NCBI GenBank assembly: GCA_964036045.1
Contig: OZ038378.1
Span: 194,308,001 to 194,372,000 of the forward strand
Length of the DNA: 64,000 nt
Direction of reading: 5' to 3'
DNA from: Eutreptiella sp. 'Long Island Sound 2002'
Taxonomy: Eukaryota > Protista > Euglenida
In this document: in pieces, positions 1 to 9,428 of the stretch
Layout of the letters: each line of letters starts with the position of its first letter
Numbering within the stretch: position 1 is the stretch's first letter
Program-made: the position numbers and the translations under genes
Notes under the pieces: generated by a model
The model's input: only the letters and a program-made list of their open reading frames with translations
What the model was told of the DNA's origin: nothing
Database searches by the model: none

Positions 1-402
1 CCCACTACCCGCGGTTTCTCTAAGTGTTGGCAACGACCTGTCAGCCTTCGCTCTCTCTGAGTGTCGCTGACGTTTGGGCAGGGGCGTAAAGCTTCCTATG
101 GCCCGCTGTTGGATTCCCCAAGACCGAATGAGTGTCGGGGAGCACTGTAGAGCCTCTGCAACGCTTTTAAGCTTCACTTGTGGGTCTCCAGCCGGGGGAA
201 CTCGGAAGGCATGATATTACATTATGTCAAGGTGCAATGATATCGAAGTTGAGATCTTCATGTTGAGGATCGCTTGAGGTAGACAATTTTGAGGTGCTAT
301 AGTATTGTTGTTTCGTAAGCAGAGCAGACCTGTGAGCAGGTACACAAAGGAACATTCCAGTCGTGATTAATGCACAATACGAAGAACTGAACTTTGCGTG
401 GC

Positions 403-615
403 AATGACCGGTCGCCTGTGACACGGGGGCGTTCGGTAGCCAAGTATCCGTTGCTTCATGGCCCCAAGCAGAAGCCACAGTCAGCAGCCTCTGGAGTGGT
501 ACAGAACTGGTTTGCGCTGCAGTGCAGCGAGGAAAAACACTGAACTATGTGGTGATGACCATGCGCCTGTGACACGGGGGCGTATGCGAGCCCAGTATCC
601 GTTGCCTCATGGCCT
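403..615 (+). repeat. Diverged ~65-bp direct repeat pair (CGCCTGTGACACGGGGGCGT...TATCCGTTGCYTCATGGCC)
   Basis: Copies at ~403-468 and ~556-615, with another near 55068-55125. Confidence 0.8.
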
Positions 616-1129
616 TGCGCAAGCACGGCCTTGTCTAAGCACAGAGTGGTGAGAACAGTGATTTCCTGCCGGTGGGATACCGGGGGTGACGGCCATCGTC
701 GGATTACGGCTAAGCATAGAGTGGGCGTTGAAACGCTGTTTTTAGGAACTTTTGGGACCACTGTTTTTGTCGTCCCAGATGTAAGATGGGGTTTAAAACC
801 ATTCTACCACACATTGCAACCCATGTTTGTTTTGATGTGATTCTTAGCCAGTCCCGATATTCCCCTTCCACAGCCTGTCACTATCTGCATCTTCTGGAAA
901 TGGGCGGTCATGTGTGTTTGTCATCATGTGTGTCGCACGCAAGCAAAGTGTTGTCTAAGCACCTAGTAGGTGTGAACCGCTGTTTAGCCTGGTTTTTTGG
1001 GACCACGGCTGTGCTTGCGCAGGGGGCGGGGGTTACATTCAACTAGAACCACTATCCTACAAGACCTTTGGGTATTTGGCCTACAGTCTATAATCCTGCT
1101 CCTTCGCGGGGCAATACATAGTTGATGGC

Positions 1130-1552
1130 TGTTCAAGTGTGCATTTCGCTTTTGGGCAGGTTGGGGCTTGAGTTTGGTGGGGCAGATCTTGCAGGTTTAT
1201 ATTGGAGAAATGCCCAGGAAAGGTGGTTGTCAACTGCAGTGCAATGATTTCCTCATTGGGTGCACGGTCAAAGGGTTGGAGTGCACTTCCAAAGTGCCTA
1301 GTGGTGTGACCCATGATACATTGGACAACACATCAATGTGCAACAATGCATGGCTGCAACCAACGCAGAAAGTTCCACAGACCTGCAGCGTAAAACTGCT
1401 TTCCAAGGTGGTGCAATTTTCACAATCATCTGACGCTTGACCTGTACATTGGCATCATACAGTCCCGAACAGTGGGGATTCCTTGCTGCACTAGGGCTGC
1501 ACCAGGGCCGCGTGCTAGAGTGGCAAACAGCCCTGAGCACTGATGTCGGCTA
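1130..1552. other. 423-bp invertible segment (orientation A here and at 39731-40153; orientation B at 16097-16519, 24441-24863 and from 53992)
   Basis: GATGGC|TGTTCAAG...GTCGGCTA|GTACAGG versus GATGGCT|TAGCCGAC...CTTGAACA|AGTACAGG. The ORF track shows the same peptides on opposite strands (1298..1540 minus versus 16109..16351 plus). Confidence 0.95.
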
Positions 1553-1697
1553 GTACAGGAGACGGTGGCCGCTTTCAGCATATCCCTACGGCAGAACCCA
1601 GATACAAGCCCTGTTGTTTACGTGTTGGGGGGAGCGTTAGTGCGCCAGGCCCACGCCAGGCATCTTTTTTGACCCGTGCCCCACCGGTGACCTTTTA

Positions 1698-1735
1698 GGG
1701 GGTGCGCACTAAGTGCAGTGCGCGCGCAGTGCAAC
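1698..1735 (+). mobile_element. Orphan left end of a G5/C5 phased-repeat element (TTA|GGGGGTGCGCAC..GTGC repeats); also at 16666, 25018, 40299, 55294
   Basis: Same terminal G5, preceding A/T 3-mer and CGCAGTGC core as the complete elements at 63196, 27637 and 61216. No matching right end was found. Confidence 0.5.
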
Positions 1736-1975
1736 TATTTGGACGTCTAGCCATCCTAGAACCCCATACTTTGTGATACCTGCAAGATCTGCCCCACCAA
1801 ACTCAAGCCCCAACCTGCTCAAGAGCCAAATGCACACTTGAGCAAGTACAGGAGACAAGGAGACAGTGGCCGCTTTCATCATATCCCTGAGGCAAACCCC
1901 AGATACAAGCAATGTTTTTTTCGTGTTGCATGCAATTGTGGGTTGAACGAAGTTGCTGCACAACATTTGCACATG

Positions 1976-1985
1976 TTGTCTCCAG
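1976..1985 (+). promoter_or_regulatory. Possible (trans-)splice acceptor TTGTCTCCAG 31 nt upstream of the eIF4E-like ATG
   Basis: Pyrimidine-rich stretch ending in CAG, conserved in all five copies. This is a weak, generic signal. Confidence 0.2.
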
Positions 1986-2016
1986 TTCTCATAAGAGCTT
2001 ATTTCTTGACGCACCG

Positions 2017-3249
2017 ATGTCGACTCGCTCAGCCACGCATTCCATGGCCAGTGACCTCATGTTGGCACAAGAGTACTGTTTCTGGAGAGACAACTACGAG
2101 GTGGTGATTGTGAAGAATAGACGCCGAAAGTCGTCGCAGCGCACTGAGCTGGTGCAGTTGAATCGCGTCACCTCATGGGGCGCGTACCAAGCAAGCGTAA
2201 TCATGCACATGGCCCAGACCCCACAGAACGGCAGTCTGCACATCTTTCGCAAGGGAATCACCCCAGAGTACGACGATCCTTTGAATCGGAATGGCGGTCT
2301 CTTTAAGCTGACGTTTCAAGCCACAAGTTGTGCTGCGGATGCGTTCACAGCGCTGTGCGGTTCCTTCGTCCTGGGGCACCTCCCGAACCACGTGGCAGTG
2401 AATGGGGTAACATTTGCCAAAAAGGGGACGAGTTGTGGTCTGAAGGTGTGGGTTGGGAGCAGGGCCAAGCAGGTGGTGGCCCACGTTCAGGAGTGGTTCA
2501 CGAAAGAATTGGATGGCTTCATCTCGTCCTGTCTGTTCTGCCCCATTGTGTCGCTGCTGACCTCCATTCAGAAGAAGCAAGCTGCACTGTGTGTGCCACC
2601 ACAGCCCATCCAGCAACCACAAGGCCCAAACCCTAGAGACGCCATCGGGATCCTCAAGGTACCACCACCAGCCCCAGTGATGATGCCCGCAGTCACCACC
2701 GCAGGCAACATGGGAATCATCCCTTGGGACTTGGTGCAACAGCCGGATGTCGCTGGCAGCCCAAGCCTGTTTCTTCTCAACGAAGCATCGTTCTCGAGTG
2801 ATGGTAGCGACCCTGACACGGCTGCGTCTGGTAGATCCCTGGGATACAGCAGTCAGGCCTCCACTTCCGACGTCAATGACCGAGCACGCGATTCGCAGCT
2901 GTTGTCGCTGTCCCGAGACGAGTGTATACTGGAGCAGGCCGTTGAAGAATGTGTACAGGATGTCCAACAAATGGAGGCATCGGGTCCTCAGGTGCCTGCC
3001 GCGCTTTCAGTCGTCCACAATGTGTTTGAGGATGATGCCATGAGGTGCCTGATGAGCAGGTCTCGGTACTCACAAGCCTGGGCTGTAGAAGCAGCGGACG
3101 CCGTGAGAAAGCGGCTGCAAGCCACCGCAGAGCGGTGCCGTGCATTTCCTCGCGATTTTATGGAAGTGCGGGTCGTGCAAACCTCTCCGCAAGCCCCATG
3201 CCGTACATGCTCTGACGATTCTGACGAATGTATGGGCAGATGGGGATAG
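2017..3249 (+). CDS. Divergent eIF4E-family cap-binding protein with long C-terminal low-complexity extension (copy 1)
   Basis: Motifs YCFWRDN, HIFRKGITPEYDDPLNRNGGLF, DAFTALCGSFV, VNGVTFAKK and LKVWV align with the eIF4E pattern WxxW...LFKxGIxPxWEDxxNxxGGxW...W...ICG...IxIW. The track ORF starts at 1912, but a TAA closes that extension in copy 4, so 2017 (or 2044) is the likely start. Confidence 0.85.
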   Translation: MSTRSATHSMASDLMLAQEYCFWRDNYEVVIVKNRRRKSSQRTELVQLNRVTSWGAYQASVIMHMAQTPQNGSLHIFRKGITPEYDDPLNRNGGLFKLTFQATSCAADAFTALCGSFVLGHLPNHVAVNGVTFAKKGTSCGLKVWVGSRAKQVVAHVQEWFTKELDGFISSCLFCPIVSLLTSIQKKQAALCVPPQPIQQPQGPNPRDAIGILKVPPPAPVMMPAVTTAGNMGIIPWDLVQQPDVAGSPSLFLLNEASFSSDGSDPDTAASGRSLGYSSQASTSDVNDRARDSQLLSLSRDECILEQAVEECVQDVQQMEASGPQVPAALSVVHNVFEDDAMRCLMSRSRYSQAWAVEAADAVRKRLQATAERCRAFPRDFMEVRVVQTSPQAPCRTCSDDSDECMGRWG

Positions 3250-3285
3250 TGCAAATCAGCGATGGATTTAATTTTGGCGCTACTC

Positions 3286-3858
3286 GGGGGTCCGGGTCCG
3301 GGGCCGGGGGGGGGGGGGGGGGCGGTCAGTTTTTGTGACTGGTCACAAAAAACATACAGGGCCATAGTGAGAAAGTGCGGCCCCGAAAAAATATCGTGAC
3401 CAAAAAGGTTGTCTTCGGTAGAATGTCTCCTGCGTCTGGCTGTAGTGCAAATTGACCGTGACTGTGTCTGCTTGCACTTTTGCTCCTCCTTTGCATCTAT
3501 CAGTACCAGTTCATCTAGTGACAGTGGCAGCGATAGTGGCACTGGCAGCGACAGTGACAAGTGACAGTGATGGTAGCTGCAGGGAGCAAGACAATTTTGT
3601 CACTGTGAGTGATGATAGTGAATGACATTGAGACATTGAATGACATTGAATGACGTTAACAATGTTGCATCCACAGGGCCCTATGCTTATCATGAGTGCT
3701 GTTGCATCACCCCCCCCCCCCCACCCATGTACATGTATGGGCTGAGGGCTGCTCCAAACCCCTGGTTTTAGGTCACCTTTTTTTGTGACCAGATATTGTG
3801 ACCTTTTTCATGACCAAGGGGGGGGGGGTTGGTGAGGGGCCCCGGACCCCCCCCCCCC
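3286..3858. mobile_element. ~570-bp TIR element (GGGGGTCCGGG...CCCGGACCCCC) with subterminal GTGACC/GGTCAC motifs; copies ~26607-27176, ~41888-42526, ~56883-57479, truncated at ~18255-18295
   Basis: 11-bp terminal inverted match, a perfect hairpin TTTTTGTGAC-TG-GTCACAAAAA at 3330-3351, and mirrored GTGACC clusters near both ends. No TSD is visible. Confidence 0.55.
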
Positions 3859-4394
3859 AGTTAGATCCAACCCTGGTGCAAATGCGGCTGCAAGCCTGTG
3901 GGCATATATGGGCCTGTGGGCATGTGCTGCTTTGCATGAAGGGGGCAGGTTTGTGCCTGTGGCATCGCTTGGCTTGAGGTACTGTTACACAATGTATGCA
4001 TATCCTCTGTTGATGGCAACCACATGTTTCTCATGCATTGCAGGATGGCAATCCTTCCTTTTTGTGCACAAATGGTGCGAGACCACCATTGCTCCTGCAC
4101 TATGCAAGGGGGGCAGCCGGCATCCTATTTTGTGGATGTTCCATCTGCTTTTGGACCGTGGCCCTGCCCTGACTGCCAAGCAGAAACCCGCCAGTGACCC
4201 TGATCCTGTGGAACCTGAACCCTTAAGGGTTCCGTTACAACAGCACCCTCAGCCGCAGGCAGGACGCACAAGGGATGTCCCAACTGGGCACTAATTCCAC
4301 ACGGCATCCCCCAAGCAAAGGGCAGCCGGGAGGATGTGGCGCCGCATCCGTGACAAGGGGAGCGGTATGTCTGCATCAATGAGGTCTGGAACAC

Positions 4395-4988
4395 GGATTA
4401 TACCCCGACCAGTGGGTTGACTGCCAGAGTCACTCTGTTTTACAATAAAGGGCCTCCCTTTTCCTGCACTGAGCTGTAGACCAATACCGGTATCTTCTTG
4501 CATACACCTATAGATTTATGCATAGGCGTTTTACAAAGTTGCCCCTGCAATTCTTATCACATCCTTTACGGTCAGCAGTGTCTCCACACGAGGCTGGCAG
4601 CTGCAAGGGACACACAACATTTGCACAAGTACTGACGCTTTGGACGACCTTGCTTACACAAGCGATCCCACAAAATTTGTTGGCTGACGTCAAAACCTTT
4701 ACCAGCACCCCTCATGCCGCTTTCCTACAGGCACCATCCTGTATTGCAACACCCCCCAGCCACCCCCCTCGCCAGCCCCTACTGATGCACTCCTAGCATG
4801 TTTATCAGATATCCTACAACAAATGCAGCGGCTTCACGTACCCAGTGAATCGTGGTCTCAGGGCTGGGTATTTGCTATCCTCACAAGGGCATTGATTTTT
4901 CAAATGTCCCAGTTGTTTGTCCACGTTGACGATAATACTATTGTGGCTGCATCCCAGGCCCAGTTGCAAGCTGCCCTCTATACCGAGT
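4395..4988 (+). pseudogene. Decayed non-LTR retrotransposon (LINE) reverse transcriptase core, domains ~1-5
   Basis: Collinear motifs across stops and frameshifts: LTARVTLFYNKG (W..A.I..I.KKGD), RPIPVSS (YRPISL), FTKL..FL...LRSAVSPHEAGSCKGHTT (QAGFRKGRST), LLADVKTFTSTPH (D..KAFD), RGLRAGY (RG.RQGCPLSP) and LFVHVDDNTIVAASQAQLQAAL (YADD). Confidence 0.8.
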
Positions 4989-5700
4989 GCATGTTTTGGA
5001 CCCCCAAATATGAGCGCTGATTCTTGCACCGGAAAGGGCATTCCATCCCAAATAGGACACTATTCCGTGCAGTTTGCGTCTCGTCCCGCCCCATTGGCTC
5101 CACGAGGCATGTATCACAGCATGCGCCTGGAAGTACAGGACTGCCATGGATCAACGTGCCCGCCCTGTGTGCAACTGCAACAGGGCCTGTGGTTCTGATG
5201 TCACTGTCCCTTCCCTCCACAGGCCTTGCCATGCCTCAAATGCCCCTTACCCCGGGCCCGGGTGCCACCACACATGTCCCCCCCCCCCCCCCCAATGCCC
5301 CACCAACCATAACCGTCTTGAAACAAGCACATGGCTGTTGCATGGTTTGGAAGAGAAGGTCTGTCTGATCTGTGCGTTCGAACCTGATTGCGGTGGTGTT
5401 GATGGATCGCCTCGTTGGGCATATGGTTGAATGATGAAATGTTTGTGTCTGCTGGTCAACAAGCTTTTAAATTCAAGGGAACACATCTCATAGGAGGATG
5501 GCTGAAGAAGTGGAAGCAGCACACATCGGGAGAGCTCCGACTGGTGCACTGAACACAGGATTGATGCCCTCCTCCTCCTCCAATGCCAAAGGGAGAGGGG
5601 GCTTCCTTTGCATCTCAGTTTTGCTCCGTCACTGAGGATGACAAGTTGGCGCAGACCCCTTACCAAACTGTTAAATGCCGAAAACACACACAGTATATGC

Positions 5701-6193
5701 TTTTTACAAAGTTGCCCCTGCAATTCTTATAACATCCTTTATGGTCAGCAGTGTCTCCACACGAGGCTGGCAGCTGCAAGGGACACACAACATTTGCACA
5801 AGTACTGACGCTTTGGACGACCTTGCTTACACAAGCGATCCCACAATATGTGTGTATTTGTTGGCTGACGTCAAAGCCTTTACCAGCACCCCTCATGCCG
5901 CTTTCCTACAGGCACCATCCTGTATTGCAACACCCCCCAGCCACCCCCCTCGCCAGCCCCTACTGATGCACTCCTAGCATGTTTATCAGATATCCTACAA
6001 CAAATGCAGCGGCTTCACGTACCCAGTGAACCGTGGTCTCAGGGCTGGGTACTTCCTATCCCACGCCCCATTCGCTTTGGCGCGCCTCACAAGGGCATTG
6101 ATTTTTCAAACGTTACAGTTGTTTGTCCACGTTGACGATAATACTATTGTGGCTGCATCCCAGGCCCAGTTGCAAGCTGCCCTCTATACCGAG
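5701..6193 (+). pseudogene. Second RT relic (tandem duplicate, domains ~2-5)
   Basis: Duplicate of 4527-4988 at ~1.17-kb period, with LLADVKAFTSTPH, RGLRAGYFLSHAPF and FVHVDD. Confidence 0.8.
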
Positions 6194-6458
6194 TGCATGT
6201 TTTGGACCCCCAAATATGAGCTCTGATTCTTCTCACCCTCTACCTCTCCTCTGCTGCTGAATCATCTGAAAGGGACATTGCAATCCAATTGAAAACTGCT
6301 TCCTTCCCCTGCATCTGTGGGTTCAGTACCCTGCTCAGCTTTATGTGGTATGAAATGCACTTCAGCTTTCCCCACTGGGAAAGTGGACACTTGTGCAGTA
6401 CTGCAGGCTTTGCATCAAGGAGTTGTCATCCTTTACCTTCCCTTCATCGGCATATGTT

Positions 6459-7247
6459 GGGGCGAGTCCGCGGGTGCTAGGACACCAACCACCCCTGCCG
6501 CCCCCACCTGCCCAACCCCCCCCCCCCCCTGGCGCTTTTGGCCAGGCGCCTTTGGCCAACAGTTAGTGAAATGAGCCCTTTTTGAGCCCATTGCAAGCCA
6601 TTTTGACCACTCCAAAGTCACAAAACGCCTTGAAAATGGGCTGTTTTGGGACCAAAAATCAGTCAAAAATGGATCAAAAATGTGCTTTTCCAAAGATATA
6701 TTTGGACCACTTGGGGTGCCTAAACAAGTGGAATGAGCCCATTTTCAGACCATGATGAACCATTTTGGCCCCTCTCAAGGCCGAAAGGGGTCACGAAACC
6801 ATGGCGAAACAGGTCAAAACCATGGTTTTCCAAAAATAATCCTAGTCCAGTTGTGGTGCCCAAACGGATGAACACAGCTCGTTTTGAGCCCCTTTTGAGC
6901 TGCTCTCATCCACTTTCCAGTGCGTACCTCATTTGTCGTTGAAGTCTCCTGGACGATGTTCCATCCCCCACCAGCTCGGTCCCAATATTCAATCCTGGTA
7001 TGGTTAGAGAGAGGGCAAGGGGAGGTAAGGGGAGCCTGTGATGGACCAACGCTTGGCCTTGGGGGCATGTACCCCCCAAATTGCCCCACCTGGACCCTTC
7101 TCCCCCAACCAACCCTCCCGGACTCCCCCGCCCTTAAGCAAAAGCCCCCCAAGACCCCCCCTCTCCCTAGCCCCCCCCCCCCAGGGGGCCTCCTACCAAC
7201 GGTTAGTTGGGGGGGTAGTTGGCGTCCAGAACCGAGGAGTCACCCCC
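6459..7247. mobile_element. ~790-bp MITE-like element with ~38-bp imperfect TIRs; copies 18646-19462, 31914-32733, 45194-45860 (internally deleted); absent near 59870
   Basis: The left end GGGGCGAGTCCGCGGGTGCTAGGACACCAAC(C/T)ACCCC is the reverse complement of the right end GGGGTAGTTGGCGTCCAGAACCGAGGAGTCACCCC with a few mismatches. Copy 5 joins the two flanks without the element. Confidence 0.75.
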
Positions 7248-7767
7248 GGGACTGTGCTGCACTGTGATGATACACAGTTAAAGCCATGAATCTTCCATCC
7301 TATGCTCCTGTATCCCATGGGGGTGCGTATCCCATGGGGGTGCCCTTAGTGCAGTGTGGGCGCAGTCTCTGAAGGGAACGTGGTGACAGACAATGTTCAT
7401 CTTGTTCATCGGAAACAGCAACGTCGGGTTTTAGGGGAGGGGGCAAGAGACAACAGGCGGGAGCGGCGGGACGAGGGGCTCCCGAAGCTCCGCGGCAGGC
7501 ACAGGGGGTCCCACATGACCCTCGGACCTGTGATCATTTTTCACAACGGGGATGAACAGGGGGCAGCCGTGCTCCCTGGTTGCATGGCCCATAGAGGACG
7601 GGGTGGGGGGATGACCCCCCCTCCTCCCCCCCTCGGGTCGGGCAGAGCAGCAAGTGGCCCGCCCCTGGTCAGGGAGGGGAGGGCAGCTTACGAGCCCAGG
7701 GTCAGGGCCCTGAAGGGCAGCAGGAGCAGATACCTGACCCCCTGATTGCAGGTCCTTCCCTTGCGCC

Positions 7768-8142
7768 CGCGCTCAAGGGGTCCATGGGGAGGTTTCCGCT
7801 GGGGCCCAGCACGCACGCCACGGGCCAGCCCAACCACCAGCCCCCAGCAGCGGGGGGAGGGGAATGAAGCGACAAAGGGAGACCCCTCCCCCGCGGGAGA
7901 CCCGGCAAGCGCCCACGCTTGGCGCGCCCCGCGCAGCTGCACGGCCGCGCGGGCACGGAGGTGACATAAACACCCCCCCCAGAGAGGCTCTGGCCTAGGC
8001 GAGGGCCGCATGGGGGGGAGAGGAGCCCTCTCTCCACCCACCGACCAGTGCGGGGGATCATCTGTGGGCACCCCTCCCTCTCTTTTTAGCACGCGGCCCG
8101 TAGACCCATGCAGGTCGCCCTCTTTAATATGGCATTCCCCCC
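7768..8142. mobile_element. 375-bp GC-rich segment flanked by the 11-bp direct repeat TCCCTTGCGCC, ending in GGCATTCCCCC
   Basis: Direct repeats at 7757-7767 and 8143-8153, with a single copy at 60477-60487 in array copy 5. The 3' end is the exact reverse complement of the GGGGGAATGCC start of the 61216 element. Confidence 0.6.
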
Positions 8143-9396
8143 TCCCTTGCGCCGAGTACACCCTGGGTGAAGCTCCAGGAGGTCAGGCAGCGGGCCTAGC
8201 TCGCCCCAATCTGCGTACACACAGCGTGCAGGACCTACAATGTCTGGCCTGTTTCCACATCTTTTGGAATTATGGCATTCAGTGGTCCTTTTGTCCGGTT
8301 GTGTATGAAGGGTTTTCTGTGATTTGGGGCTGAGGATGATCCTTTGGGGTTGCCAAGACAACATCTGGTCACCCTCTCGTTCACCTCCGTCCCTAGTCTG
8401 GCCTAGTCTGGTGCAATCAAGCAACTCCCTTGTCGGAGCAGCGGGAGGTGCTATTTTTGGCAATTCCAGAAGGTCCAGTGAGCTGCGCTTGGCAGGGACC
8501 TTTCAGGCAAGCTGACGGGTTGATGGGTGTACCGGTAACAGGGAAAATGCTCCAACAACAAAGGCCCTTGGCGGGTAGCCGCAACAGCTAGGCCACTTCC
8601 CATGCCGGTGCTCCTGTGCATGCTCATGGCTGCTCCCATGACCACAACCCAGGGAGCGAAATCTTGGCCTTGTGTGTGTCTGCAGGTTTCCTTGCTCGTT
8701 GTCCACCCTCCTTGCACACAGCCCTTCAATATAGAACGTTCGTGTCTGAGCATCCAGCTCCATATTCTGACAATATCCAAAGCAAACATAACTCCCACAC
8801 TTAAGAACGTATGTATACTGTCTCGAGTACTTGGCATTGGACATTTTGAGTCAGTCGCCAAAACAAAAGAGGCATATGTACCCCCCCCCCCCCGGTGGTC
8901 CGAAATCCCAACCCCCAGCCCCCCCCAATCCCTTGAAGTTCTACCCCCGCCCTCCCCCCTTTTGCTAACATGGGCTTGTCCAAGCACGACGACCCCGTGT
9001 TTCCACGGTTTTGTGTTTTGTTTTTTGGAACCATGGTTGTTGCGGTTCCAATCCAATAGAGAATGTGGTTTGTAGCTTGGTGCAGGCTGCAAGAAGGGTC
9101 AATATGGGTGGCAAAGTGGTGGTGTAGCTGTAATTCCATGTCCTTTTGTGTTCTGGGGTGTATGCTGGCCTGTTGCTTTGTATTGTCATGTTTTGAGGGG
9201 TCAGGTTACTGTTTGCAACATGTGTTCTGTGTTACATGCCTCGCGGTACCACGGGTCTCTTCATTTCCATTGACATGCAAGCGTGCAGGCTCTTTGCAGG
9301 ATGGTAATTCCACAACGTGCGTCAGAGCTTCCTCCACCTGTCAGTCCATTGTCAGAATCGTTCTGTGGGGAGTGACTGAGCTCTTATATTATTTTT

Positions 9397-9428
9397 ATTA
9401 TTCTTATTGTTAGAAGTATAAGAATAAT
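9397..9428. repeat. AT-rich 11-bp perfect inverted repeat ATTATTCTTAT-N10-ATAAGAATAAT; related copies near 11413, 20752, 34032, 47159, 63627
   Basis: Read directly from the sequence. Confidence 0.8.

Noticed and set aside
56-65. TCTGAGTGTC resembling the Euglena spliced-leader core
   Set aside because: Only 10 nt match, with no following T-run or splice donor. Expected by chance.
1-215. Minus-strand peptide HAFRV...LIRSWG resembling YR box II
   Set aside because: Motif spacing and residues are poor, and there is no supporting box I in the window.
2173-2970. 265-aa antisense ORF (and its copies) overlapping the eIF4E-like gene
   Set aside because: A shadow frame of a GC-rich CDS, conserved only because the whole unit is duplicated. 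No recognisable motifs.
3046-3062. CTGATGAG hammerhead-like core
   Set aside because: Lies inside the CDS with no downstream GAAA or compatible stems. No convincing hammerhead or HDV-like ribozyme fold was found elsewhere by eye.
3505-3570. Ser/Asp-rich SDSGSDSGTGSDSDK stretch as a coding exon
   Set aside because: A short degenerate hexamer repeat inside a TIR element, with no extended frame or splice support.
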